A stretch of DNA of 40,934 bases. Source: Candidatus Firestoneibacteriota bacterium. GTDB lineage: Bacteria; Oederibacteriota; D2-FULL-39-29; JBBTED01. The stretch spans positions 1-40,934 of the forward strand of contig JBBTED010000001.1 in the NCBI GenBank assembly GCA_038042445.1, written 5' to 3'. The translations under genes and the position numbers were made by a program. This document shows, one piece after another, positions 19,188 to 28,419 of this stretch. Positions within the stretch are counted from its first letter, which is position 1. Each line of letters begins with the position of its first letter. The notes below the pieces were generated by a model. It was not told where the DNA came from and ran no database searches. It saw only the letters and a program-made list of their open reading frames with translations.

Positions 19188-19847
19188 CTAATCTTCTTCA
19201 ATACCTATTACTCGTACTGGTGAAGCTTCCAAACCTGCAATATTTAACGGCAAAATATATACCATTATTCTGCTATGGGTTATTTTATCCAGATTATTCA
19301 AATATTCAATAAGTGGAATGTTATTTTTAAAAAGAATCAGGTGGTTTTCCTGAAAATCAGCACCTTTCTTTTCAATACCAGAACAATCAACTCCAAGACA
19401 GGAAATTTTTTTATTCACTATCCATTCAATTGCTGTTTTATTTAAATAGGGACGATTATGTTGAAATGGCGTTCTATAGTTTTTACTCATTCCCGTTTTT
19501 ATAAACAGAAAATCATTTTCTTTTATTATTTTTTCATACTGTGCAAAATCTTTTTCCGTAATCTCTTCACCATTGTTTTTATGCATCATATCTACAATAA
19601 TAGCTTCACCAATTAATTTTTCAAATCCCAAACTGCTTACATCTTTACCCTCTTTTAAATAATGATATGGCGCTTCTATATGCGTCCCAACATGTGAATT
19701 TAAACATATTTCACTGATAATATACCAATCTTCTGGTCTTCTTTTATACTGAGGAAACATTTCTTCTACAAAACAAGTTTTTAACTCTAATTTGTATTCC
19801 TCTTTTTTAGGAAAAAGTTTATGTGATAAATCTATTATCTGTCTCAT
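19188..19847 (-). CDS. Cyclase-family (kynurenine formamidase-like) metal-dependent hydrolase
   Basis: IIDLSH, HVGTHIEAPYH (HxGTHxDxPxH variant), GVD, H..L, IEYL.NL, ASPVR. Confidence 0.88.
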   Translation of the reverse strand: MRQIIDLSHKLFPKKEEYKLELKTCFVEEMFPQYKRRPEDWYIISEICLNSHVGTHIEAPYHYLKEGKDVSSLGFEKLIGEAIIVDMMHKNNGEEITEKDFAQYEKIIKENDFLFIKTGMSKNYRTPFQHNRPYLNKTAIEWIVNKKISCLGVDCSGIEKKGADFQENHLILFKNNIPLIEYLNNLDKITHSRIMVYILPLNIAGLEASPVRVIGIEED

Positions 19848-20623
19848 ACTATTATTAGTTTTACGCCTAATCTACTTAAGACGTTTTTATAATCCTCCGA
19901 AATTTCATTTGTGATTATGATATCTATATTTGTAAGTGGAGCTACATTAATAAAACCAATTTTACCAAATTTTGAACTATCAGCTAATACCACTACTGTC
20001 TGAGCTTTTTCTACCATCTTTTTTTTAATTTCCGCTTCATAAATATTTGCTACAGTAACTCCATTTTGCAAATCTATACCACTTACTCCTAAGAAAAATG
20101 TATGCACATAAAATTCATCCAGCATTTTCATAGCAGATGGCCCTGATGTAGCATAGCTATTTTTCCTAAAAATTCCGCCAATCAAAATAAGCTCTTTATC
20201 TGTCCCACAACTGATTTCCTGAACAATTCTAACAGAATTGGTTATCATTTTTAATTCTCGCTTGCTATGGAGAAGTTTAGCTAATTGATAAACTGTACTG
20301 CTTGTATCAAGAAAAATATTTTGCTTATCCTCTATAAGTTCAAGTGCAGCTTTTGCAATTTTTATTTTTTCTTCAATACAAATATTTTCTTTTTCTATTA
20401 CAGGTATTTCTTCTTCTACTATACTGGTCAATTTTTTTGTAATTGCTCCACCATGTGTACGGTTAATTTTGCCAATATTTGTAAGGTAGTTTAAATCAGA
20501 GCGAATTGTAGCAGTAGAAACGTTAAATTCACTCGCTATCTCTAAAACATCAACTCTGCCACTGTTGTTAATACTATTTAGTATTTGATTTCTTCTTTCT
20601 TCCATAAACATTTTCTTATTCAT
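19844..20623 (-). CDS. DeoR/GlpR-family transcriptional regulator
   Basis: EERR..IL, FNVS.ATIRSDL, RTHGGA, EKIKIA, IFLDTSST, DSSKFG. Confidence 0.95.
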   Translation of the reverse strand: MNKKMFMEERRNQILNSINNSGRVDVLEIASEFNVSTATIRSDLNYLTNIGKINRTHGGAITKKLTSIVEEEIPVIEKENICIEEKIKIAKAALELIEDKQNIFLDTSSTVYQLAKLLHSKRELKMITNSVRIVQEISCGTDKELILIGGIFRKNSYATSGPSAMKMLDEFYVHTFFLGVSGIDLQNGVTVANIYEAEIKKKMVEKAQTVVVLADSSKFGKIGFINVAPLTNIDIIITNEISEDYKNVLSRLGVKLIIV

Positions 20624-20680
20624 AATTTTCTAACTATGGTTTGTCTTTTTCCACCAAACCATAATTTACCCTCTAATCAT

Positions 20681-20709
20681 ATTATAACACAATAACTTTC
20701 ATTTGTCAA
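20681..20709 (-). promoter_or_regulatory. Consensus sigma70 promoter of the DeoR-led operon
   Basis: TTGACA (20709-20704), 17-bp spacer, TATAAT (20686-20681), with TGn extended -10. Confidence 0.85.
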
Positions 20710-20768
20710 GTATTTTTTTCATTTAATTTCATATATTTTTATTTATTTTGCTGTTTTGTAAGAAACAT

Positions 20769-21890
20769 TTAAATATATTTTTGAATTAAATCTTTGACAT
20801 AATAAGCAATTGCTATTGAAGAAGTTAAACCAGGTGATTCAATTCCAACTAAATTTATAAATCCTGGCAAACCTTTATCTTCTTCATCTCTTATTACAAA
20901 ATCTTTGCCTGTTTCGTATTCTGCCTGAATTTTAGGTCTTATACCTGACATTGCAGGTGATAAATCACTATAATTAATAAATGGTAGTATATTTTTAATT
21001 CCATTATAAAATTCATGTTTATGGCTTTCATCAACATCATAATTAATTTCATTCACATAAAAAGCATTTGGTCCTAATTTAAGTTCACCTTGTAAATCAA
21101 GCACAGTATGCATTCCTATACTAATAGGTGTTGGCCTGGGATAAACAAGATGTTTTATAAATTTCCCTTTTCCTCCACTTACAGAAAAATACTCACCTTT
21201 ACAATAATGAATTTTATACCCATTTTTTACAATATCAATACCCACCATTTCTGCAATTTTGTCTGAATAAAGACCAGAAGCATTTATTACAAGTTTTGTT
21301 AGAAATTTTATTTCATTTTTATCAACATCTTTAATTCCAACAGAAAATCCGTTTTTATCTTGTTCAATATTCACCACTTCACAACGATATGCAAAAATAG
21401 CACCTTTATTTTTAGCTGAACCCTCAAAATACCTCATTAAGTTATGTGTATCGAGAATTCCGGAATTAGGAGAATACAATGCAGCATAAGCATTAATGTT
21501 TGGTTCAATTTTTTTTATTTCACCTTTATCCAAAATTTTTAAGCCTTGCACACCATTTTTACATCCTATTTCATACAACTCATTTAACTCAGCAACACCT
21601 TCAGAATCTTCAACTACAATTAATTTGCCTGTGCGAAGACAATTGATGTTTTTTTTCGCACATATATCATATATAAGTTCATTTCCTTCTACGCACAATT
21701 TTGCCTTGAGTGAACCTGGAGCATAATAAATTCCTGCATGGATAACTTCACTATTTCTGCTACTGGTTTCATTACCAAAGCTATCATAGCGTTCCACCAC
21801 TATAATATTTTTTTTATCATCACTTAATTCACTGGCAATTGCCAATCCAACTATTCCAGCACCAACTATAACTATATCAACTTCTTCCAT
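20769..21890 (-). CDS. FAD-dependent oxidoreductase, L-2-hydroxyglutarate oxidase (LhgO)-like
   Basis: GAGIVGLA, ETSSRNSEVIHAGIYY, KGEYF, LVYP, GPNA, GIRPK, GIESPGLTSS. Confidence 0.88.
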   Translation of the reverse strand: MEEVDIVIVGAGIVGLAIASELSDDKKNIIVVERYDSFGNETSSRNSEVIHAGIYYAPGSLKAKLCVEGNELIYDICAKKNINCLRTGKLIVVEDSEGVAELNELYEIGCKNGVQGLKILDKGEIKKIEPNINAYAALYSPNSGILDTHNLMRYFEGSAKNKGAIFAYRCEVVNIEQDKNGFSVGIKDVDKNEIKFLTKLVINASGLYSDKIAEMVGIDIVKNGYKIHYCKGEYFSVSGGKGKFIKHLVYPRPTPISIGMHTVLDLQGELKLGPNAFYVNEINYDVDESHKHEFYNGIKNILPFINYSDLSPAMSGIRPKIQAEYETGKDFVIRDEEDKGLPGFINLVGIESPGLTSSIAIAYYVKDLIQKYI

Positions 21891-21981
21891 AGGTTTTACA
21901 TTATAGCAAAAAACAATAGGATATGGTATATTAAAATATTTAATAATGTTTTAAAGTATTTTGAACCAACCCATAAATTTT

Positions 21982-23373
21982 ATGAAAATACTATTGATTC
22001 ATCCCAGTATAAGTGGAATCGGGTTTAATAGCTTTGGTATTGACCAGGAAGGCACATGGATTCACCATGGCTTATGTTTAATAAGCGCTTACGCTAAAGA
22101 AAAAGGATATTCAATAGATTTAATTGATTTGCGAAATTTAAAAGGATGGAAAAATTTCAGACAAGAAATAATCACAAAAAAACCGGATGTTGTTGGCATA
22201 ACAATGATGAGTCCAGACTACGACTACGCAATTAAATGTATAGACATAGTAAAAGGTGTGAATAAACATATAAAAACAGTAGTTGGTGGACCACATCCAA
22301 GCATAATGACTGAAGAAGTAAATACTAACCAAAATATTGACTATGTTATAACCGGAGAAGGTGAAATAAGTTTTAGTGGATTATTACATAATATTGAGAA
22401 CAATATTCCCTCACCAAAAATTATATATGGAATAACACCTGATTTAGAAAAAATTCCGTATGCAGACAGAGAACTTTATGGACACCTTGAAACTCCCATA
22501 GTAGATATCTTACCTGCACCTTTTGTAACTATAATTGCAGGAAGAGGATGCATTTATAATTGCAAATTCTGTCAACCAGCAGAAAGAAAAATATTTGGAA
22601 AAAAAGTAAGGCGAAGATCAGTTGATAATGTCATAAAGGAATTAACCATCTTAAAAGAAACATATTCCTTCAAAAGTATGCTAATACATGACGACTGTTT
22701 GACAGAAGATAAAAATTGGGTATTGGAATTTTGTGAAAAATACAAGCTTGAGGGTTTTAAAGAACCATTTGTATGTCAGGCAAGAGTAAATCATATTGTT
22801 AAAAATAGAGACGTAATAGCAAAATTAAAAGATACTGGATTAAAAATGCTAATTATTGGTTTTGAAAGTGGTTCGCAGAAAATTTTAAATTTTTTGAATA
22901 AAGGTTCAACAGTTGAGCAAAATTATGAAGCTGCTAAAATTTGCAAGGAGTTAAATATATTAGTCTGGGCAAATTATATGCTTGGAATCCCCACAGAAAC
23001 AAAAGAAGAAATTATGCAAACAGTAAAAATGATTAGGGAAATCAAACCCTACCACTCAAGCCCTGCATTTTTTACACCTCACCCAGGCAGTGATTTGTTT
23101 GATTATTGTGTAAAAAACGATTTGTCTCTTATAAAAAACCATAGTGATTACAGACGTTCACCTGGAAAAGCTAAAATAAAAGGAGTAGATTATAATTTTT
23201 TAAACAAAGCATTGGCATTATCTCTTTATGAAAAAACTGACTTCTTAAGTATTTTTATAAAAAAAATCATTTACACTACTTATTTGCAGACTATAAAGAA
23301 TAAAATCAAAAAATATAAAGCAGGCAAAAAAATAATAAGTTTATTCAAGCAGATATTAAAAGATAAAGAATAA
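21982..23373 (+). CDS. B12-binding-domain radical SAM protein (class B methylase-like)
   Basis: N-terminal cobalamin domain (VVGGPHPS, GEGE), RGCIYNCKFC, GFESGSQ, G.PTET, TPHPGS. ATG 21982 preferred over TTG 21961. Only plus-strand gene in the window. Confidence 0.9.
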   Translation: MKILLIHPSISGIGFNSFGIDQEGTWIHHGLCLISAYAKEKGYSIDLIDLRNLKGWKNFRQEIITKKPDVVGITMMSPDYDYAIKCIDIVKGVNKHIKTVVGGPHPSIMTEEVNTNQNIDYVITGEGEISFSGLLHNIENNIPSPKIIYGITPDLEKIPYADRELYGHLETPIVDILPAPFVTIIAGRGCIYNCKFCQPAERKIFGKKVRRRSVDNVIKELTILKETYSFKSMLIHDDCLTEDKNWVLEFCEKYKLEGFKEPFVCQARVNHIVKNRDVIAKLKDTGLKMLIIGFESGSQKILNFLNKGSTVEQNYEAAKICKELNILVWANYMLGIPTETKEEIMQTVKMIREIKPYHSSPAFFTPHPGSDLFDYCVKNDLSLIKNHSDYRRSPGKAKIKGVDYNFLNKALALSLYEKTDFLSIFIKKIIYTTYLQTIKNKIKKYKAGKKIISLFKQILKDKE

Positions 23374-24670
23374 TTCCTGGCGGAAGAAAATAAATCAAAG
23401 GTTTTAAAAGACACTTCAATGAAGCAACTACATACCATCTAATCTCTTTAAATAAAATGTAACAAGTTATTCTACCTGCAATATACGAAATTGTTGTAGC
23501 AATACTTGCCCCAATAATACCGTATTTAGGAATAAGAATTAAATTTAATACAACATTAAATAAAGCATCTGAACTCGCAGAAATAAGTATAAATTTCTGA
23601 TTACCTGTTGCAAGTAAAACTTGTGCAAATAGTACTCCTGTAAAATACCATAAAGATGACCACATCAATATAAATAAAGCATTTTGACTTGCAAGAAATT
23701 GTTTGCCATATAATAAAAAAATTATATATTTTGAAAAAATGGCTATTAAAATAACTATAGGAACCATTATAAATGATATATACTTCAGACTTTTCTCATA
23801 AGTATCTCTCAATAGTGCTTTCTCACCTAAATAATGTTTTGTCAAAAGAGGAAAAACTGATAAGCCAAATGCAACTGGAATTATATTAAATGACTCAACT
23901 ATTCTCACAATTGCAGAATACAAACCAACACTTTCAAACCCTTTAGCCTGATATAGTATCATCTGATCTATTCGCATAATAATTATGGTAAAAAATGAAC
24001 TCAATGCAAGTGGCCAGGAATTTTTTAGAAGTGAAAGCCAAATTTTTAAATCAATATTGAACTTTGGTTTAATAAAATATTTTGCAAAAAATTTATTTCC
24101 AAACAAAATAACTATTGCAATAAATACATCTAATATAAAAAAATATAATAGTTTAGCTTTAAGTAATATTAAAAAAATCACTACTAATACTGCTATGGTT
24201 TTACTTATTACTTCAACTATCACCTGATATTTCTGTTGAAGATGCGCCTGAAATACTGATGTATATACAGCGCTTGCAGAAATAAAAAACAATCCTAATG
24301 AAGCTATATATATGAAATTTTTTATTTCTGCTGGATAATTTAAAAAGTTAACTATAATCAACGAAAGTATTATTGAAATTGAAGATAAAACCGCACATAA
24401 AATCAAAGATGTTCCTATTAATTCAGAAGCTTTTTCGCTATCCTGCACTATTTCTTTTACTATTATTTTATCTATCCCAAATATTGATATAAGTGTAAAA
24501 AAAGACAGATATGCATAAACTAAACTATACTTCCCAAACTCCACACTACCTAAATATCTGGTCAAACAAACAGTTATAAATATATAGATTAATATTGTTA
24601 CAAATCTACCTGATATGAGTATTCCTGTATTTTTAACTACTTTTTTAAAATCCATATTTAGCTTTGCCAA
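23345..24670 (-). CDS. Wzx-type oligosaccharide flippase
   Basis: Many TM segments, TRYLG..EFG.YS, RIDQMIL, VGLYS, LNLILIPKYGIIGASIAT. Alternative start ATG 24655. Confidence 0.9.
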   Translation of the reverse strand: MAKLNMDFKKVVKNTGILISGRFVTILIYIFITVCLTRYLGSVEFGKYSLVYAYLSFFTLISIFGIDKIIVKEIVQDSEKASELIGTSLILCAVLSSISIILSLIIVNFLNYPAEIKNFIYIASLGLFFISASAVYTSVFQAHLQQKYQVIVEVISKTIAVLVVIFLILLKAKLLYFFILDVFIAIVILFGNKFFAKYFIKPKFNIDLKIWLSLLKNSWPLALSSFFTIIIMRIDQMILYQAKGFESVGLYSAIVRIVESFNIIPVAFGLSVFPLLTKHYLGEKALLRDTYEKSLKYISFIMVPIVILIAIFSKYIIFLLYGKQFLASQNALFILMWSSLWYFTGVLFAQVLLATGNQKFILISASSDALFNVVLNLILIPKYGIIGASIATTISYIAGRITCYILFKEIRWYVVASLKCLLKPLIYFLPPGIILYLLISA

Positions 24671-26576
24671 TCACAATAAAAAGGTCTTTTAAAAATCCAA
24701 AATAATCTTTCCCTAAATAATGATCCCCAAGAAAATCTGTATAATTTTCGGAGAAGTCAAAATTAAAATCATCTGAAACTACAATTTTATCTATATGTAT
24801 AACTCTGTTTTTATAATATTCAGCAACTGTAATTATATTTTTTCGTTTCTGCATAATTAAATATGCATCAACATAATCAAGCAAAAATGAATTTTTAGTC
24901 TCAAATATTTTATACTCCATTTTAATTTTTTTTGCAAAACGAATTTTTCTGTCTTTATTTATTGAAATATACCAATTGCCAGTTTTGGTTCCAAATATTT
25001 TTTTTCCCTCATTGAGCTTCGCAATACCTAAAGTTTTAAATTCAAAAGTCCAGTCTGTAATTATTTTATCTGGATTAAACTCAGGATTATTATATATACC
25101 TTTATTAATATCATAGATGTAATTAGCGGTATATATATTTTTTGTTAGAATTTTCTGTCTGTAAAAATATGTATCTAATGCAATATCAGAACCCCAGAAA
25201 AACTCATTAGTTCCTGTTGGAAAATTTACAAATATTTTAAATCCCCCCTCCCCCCCTTTAACAAAATGGGGTATAGAGTGTTTCGTACTTTTTGAAATAA
25301 ATTTTTCTATAGTATCTATGTATTGTTTCGTTGGAGATAATTGCTGCAAAATTATCTTATTGTAATTATGTATTTTATTGGTATTTAAAATACATAATCC
25401 GGAAAATACAGTAATTGTAAGCATTTTTTGGAATTTATTCATTGAAAAAGAGTTTTTCAAGAACAGAACTACAGCTAAAGCAAACATAATATTGGGGAAA
25501 TATGCATATCTTGGTTGTTCATATGTATAGGCAAAATTATTTGTAAATGTCCGTCCAAATGCAATAATAAAAATATAAGAAAAAGCTATTCCAGTAAACA
25601 ATAGAATAAAATATTTGCTCTTTTTATCTTTATAACAAAAGCTTAATAGTACAATCAATGTCCAAATCATTGTTAATAAAAAAAATATAAGGGTTGGAGG
25701 TGACTCTCCTAAATATACAACATCCTTTGTTATTGTATCTAATGGGAAACCCAAATTATTGTAAAAAAAAGTTTCAAATACGCAAAAATTTACTGTTCTC
25801 AATGCAATTACAAAGCGTTTTAATAAAGAAAAATATATTGAAAGATTGCCTTCTCCACCTTTAAGATACATAAACATACATCCAAAAAATATATAACTTA
25901 TAGAAGTTAAAAATATTAGTAACTTCAGATGTTTTTTAGATAAATCACTATTTTGTTGTTGCAACAGTAAAATGAAAAAAATAATTAAAGCAATAGGTAC
26001 AAATACACCAGCTTCATAAATAAATAGAGCAAAAAAAGAACATATTGCAGATAAATATATATATATTTTGTCGCTTTTTTCAAAATATTTTAGTATAAAA
26101 ATAAAAGCTAAAAGAAAAAATGTTGTCTGAATAAGAATATACAGATGAAATGTCCAACCTATAATATCGAAATGGCTATAAAAAGTAAGAAAAAACAATG
26201 TTCCCAAAACTGCATATAGTTTTTCAACTCCTATTTTTTTTATTATATAAAATAGAAGAATTCCATTTGTTATGTGAATCAGATATTGTATTAAGTGATG
26301 CAAAAATATATGGACACCAAATAATTTATACTGCAGAAATAGTATGATATATGCTAACGGCTGACATCTTCCATGTTTAAATGAATCAAATAAACCCGCT
26401 TCTATAATACCTTTTATATTAAAATTGGTATAATTATTGAACCAGTTAAAAAGTATCCAGTGATCACTTCTAAAAACATGAAAAAACGTACCAGCATAAG
26501 CATACAAGGTTAAAGGAATAGCTATAGCCAATAGTGTAAAAATATCCGAATAAGCACTAAATTTTTTTCGGGTCAT
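24645..26576 (-). CDS. Polytopic membrane protein, GT-C-like (putative lipid-linked sugar transferase)
   Basis: About 11-12 hydrophobic segments, first-loop SD then R.QPL, YE, RY.YFP, soluble C-terminal tail. Lies next to a GT2 and a flippase. Confidence 0.55.
   Translation of the reverse strand: MTRKKFSAYSDIFTLLAIAIPLTLYAYAGTFFHVFRSDHWILFNWFNNYTNFNIKGIIEAGLFDSFKHGRCQPLAYIILFLQYKLFGVHIFLHHLIQYLIHITNGILLFYIIKKIGVEKLYAVLGTLFFLTFYSHFDIIGWTFHLYILIQTTFFLLAFIFILKYFEKSDKIYIYLSAICSFFALFIYEAGVFVPIALIIFFILLLQQQNSDLSKKHLKLLIFLTSISYIFFGCMFMYLKGGEGNLSIYFSLLKRFVIALRTVNFCVFETFFYNNLGFPLDTITKDVVYLGESPPTLIFFLLTMIWTLIVLLSFCYKDKKSKYFILLFTGIAFSYIFIIAFGRTFTNNFAYTYEQPRYAYFPNIMFALAVVLFLKNSFSMNKFQKMLTITVFSGLCILNTNKIHNYNKIILQQLSPTKQYIDTIEKFISKSTKHSIPHFVKGGEGGFKIFVNFPTGTNEFFWGSDIALDTYFYRQKILTKNIYTANYIYDINKGIYNNPEFNPDKIITDWTFEFKTLGIAKLNEGKKIFGTKTGNWYISINKDRKIRFAKKIKMEYKIFETKNSFLLDYVDAYLIMQKRKNIITVAEYYKNRVIHIDKIVVSDDFNFDFSENYTDFLGDHYLGKDYFGFLKDLFIVIGKAKYGF
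25234..25274. repeat. GC-rich palindromic dispersed repeat inside a CDS, in frame
   Basis: ATTTTAAATCCCCCCTCCCCCCCTTTAACAAAATGGGGTAT, translated IPHFVKGGEGGFK. First 14 bp identical to 33237-33250. Confidence 0.65.
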
Positions 26577-27270
26577 TTTTCAGACGCACATCAATGAATA
26601 ATTTCAAAGTTGTCTTTAATACACTTATTACATTCTTAAATGCAAAAGCTTTGGATTTCCCATACTCCCTTTTTTTTAAATACATTCCTACTTGGGCAAA
26701 AGTACAACCTTTTCTAAGAAGCATTACCAAAATCTCCGCGTGGTATGCAAATCCATAAGTTGTCATCTCTATGGAATTCAGTAAATTTCTTTTATGTATT
26801 GATATTCCATTGTAATATTTTAAATTAAGGTTAAACAAAAAATTCATTAACCCTGTAAATATCTTTGATGTAATTTGTCTTGAAATTGGTCTTATATTAG
26901 AATTCACTGAATAAGTAGTAATAATATCAACCTTTCCTATATATTCAAGCATAGCTTTTATTGAATTAGGTTCAATTTCGTTATCTCCTGGAACCATAAT
27001 AATATATTCATTTTTTGCAATTTTGACACCTTTGCTATAATTATATCCAAGCCCCATTGTATTTTCATTATGAACAACTTTTATTCTATTATTTTGTCCT
27101 GCTAATTCATTAGCTTTTACCAAAGTATTATCTTTACTTGCATCATCAAAAATAATAACTTCGTATTCGTTAAATTTATCTTTAAGTATAGATAAAACAG
27201 AATTAACAGTTGGGATTATGTTATTTTCTTCATTTAATGCAGGAATGATAACAGAAATAGATGATTCCAT
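26557..27270 (-). CDS. GT2 glycosyltransferase (polyprenol-phosphate glycosyltransferase-like)
   Basis: SVIIPALNEE, FDDASKD, N.GLG, PGDNE, R..G.SK. Confidence 0.88.
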   Translation of the reverse strand: MESSISVIIPALNEENNIIPTVNSVLSILKDKFNEYEVIIFDDASKDNTLVKANELAGQNNRIKVVHNENTMGLGYNYSKGVKIAKNEYIIMVPGDNEIEPNSIKAMLEYIGKVDIITTYSVNSNIRPISRQITSKIFTGLMNFLFNLNLKYYNGISIHKRNLLNSIEMTTYGFAYHAEILVMLLRKGCTFAQVGMYLKKREYGKSKAFAFKNVISVLKTTLKLFIDVRLKNDPKKI

Positions 27271-27795
27271 TTATTCCTTGTCGTATAGATCTTTTTTTTC
27301 TATCAACATAACTGGCTGTTTTGAAAATCTTGCTTTCTGGTAATATTTCATAATTTCCTGAGAAGTTTTAAGTTCATACACAGGAAAAGAAAGAAACTCT
27401 TTAAAAAATTTAGTAAAATCTTGAATATGTTGCGGACCTGGATGAAGAGGTTTTTTTGCTCCAACTATTGCCCTAATTATAACAGGTATTTTAAATTGTC
27501 CGTTTGACATTTTTTCAATCTTATCTAAATGATTAACTATCGCATCTAAGGAATTTAGCATAAAATCGTGCCTTTCAAAAATCAAAACTGGTTTGTAGCC
27601 TTCAATAGCCATTCCCATACTCAAACCTGCCATCAGATTTTCAGCTACTGGAGTTTCAAGACATTTTGATTTTGGTATATCCACCAATGTACCATACATC
27701 CTTGAACCATAATTAACATTATACCCTATAAAAACAGCATTCTTATCCTTTGCCAACATTTCCATAGATTTTTTTATTGCTTCTTTATATTTCAT
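27271..27795 (-). CDS. Miniature TPP-dependent E1 beta-like subunit (pyrimidine-binding domain only)
   Basis: 174 aa. ETPVAEN..G..GMA..G.KP, D.IVNH, GPQH.QD, PVMLIE. No C-terminal domain. Confidence 0.82.
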   Translation of the reverse strand: MKYKEAIKKSMEMLAKDKNAVFIGYNVNYGSRMYGTLVDIPKSKCLETPVAENLMAGLSMGMAIEGYKPVLIFERHDFMLNSLDAIVNHLDKIEKMSNGQFKIPVIIRAIVGAKKPLHPGPQHIQDFTKFFKEFLSFPVYELKTSQEIMKYYQKARFSKQPVMLIEKKDLYDKE

Positions 27796-27796
27796 T

Positions 27797-28414
27797 TTAA
27801 AAACTTACTCCTCCTGCTTTTATTCCAGAAAAATCAATCCATTTCCCAGTTCCAACATGTGGATATGTTCTTTTGTAATGATATTTTTTTACACATTTAG
27901 GCCACTTATGATTAGATTTTCCATATCTCATTTTTTTAGGTGTCTCTACAGACAAATTATTATCTTCTATAATAAATGTACAAGGTAAATTCCAACCATC
28001 AACATATCTGACTGCTTCATAAAAATGTCCTTCATCCTCTGCTCCATCTCCTACAAAAACATAAACTTGTTTTTTGCTTTTTTTCTTTTTCAACGCCCAT
28101 GCAACCCCAGTAGCAATAGCACAACACCCTGACACAATAGAAGAACTAAAAAAATTTAACTTCTTATCAAAAATATGCATGCTTTTACCTTCTACAATCT
28201 TTTTTTTAAGAGATTCTGTAGAACCACCTGCTAACAAATAATGATAATGTGAACGATGAGTTGAAAAAATATAGTCACCCTTTTTAATCTTTTTAAAAAT
28301 CCTTATCAATTGGTTCTCATTACCCCCACAAAAATGAACAGGATATGGTATTTTCCCAGCTTCAAATAATTTTGCTATTTCTTTTTCAAAATTGACTAAT
28401 TTTTCTTTTGTCAT
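27797..28414 (-). CDS. Miniature TPP-dependent E1 alpha-like subunit
   Basis: 205 aa. PVH..GGNE, STHRSHYH, SMH, GDGAEDEG...EDNN TPP motif. Confidence 0.85.
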   Translation of the reverse strand: MTKEKLVNFEKEIAKLFEAGKIPYPVHFCGGNENQLIRIFKKIKKGDYIFSTHRSHYHYLLAGGSTESLKKKIVEGKSMHIFDKKLNFFSSSIVSGCCAIATGVAWALKKKKSKKQVYVFVGDGAEDEGHFYEAVRYVDGWNLPCTFIIEDNNLSVETPKKMRYGKSNHKWPKCVKKYHYKRTYPHVGTGKWIDFSGIKAGGVSF

Positions 28415-28419
28415 TTTAA

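Noticed and set aside
23290..23347. TGA read-through (alternative genetic code) extending the flippase
   Set aside because: No other gene has internal TGA, several use TGA as a coupled stop (ATGA overlaps), and the hydrophobic extension is explained by the antisense Lys-rich tail.
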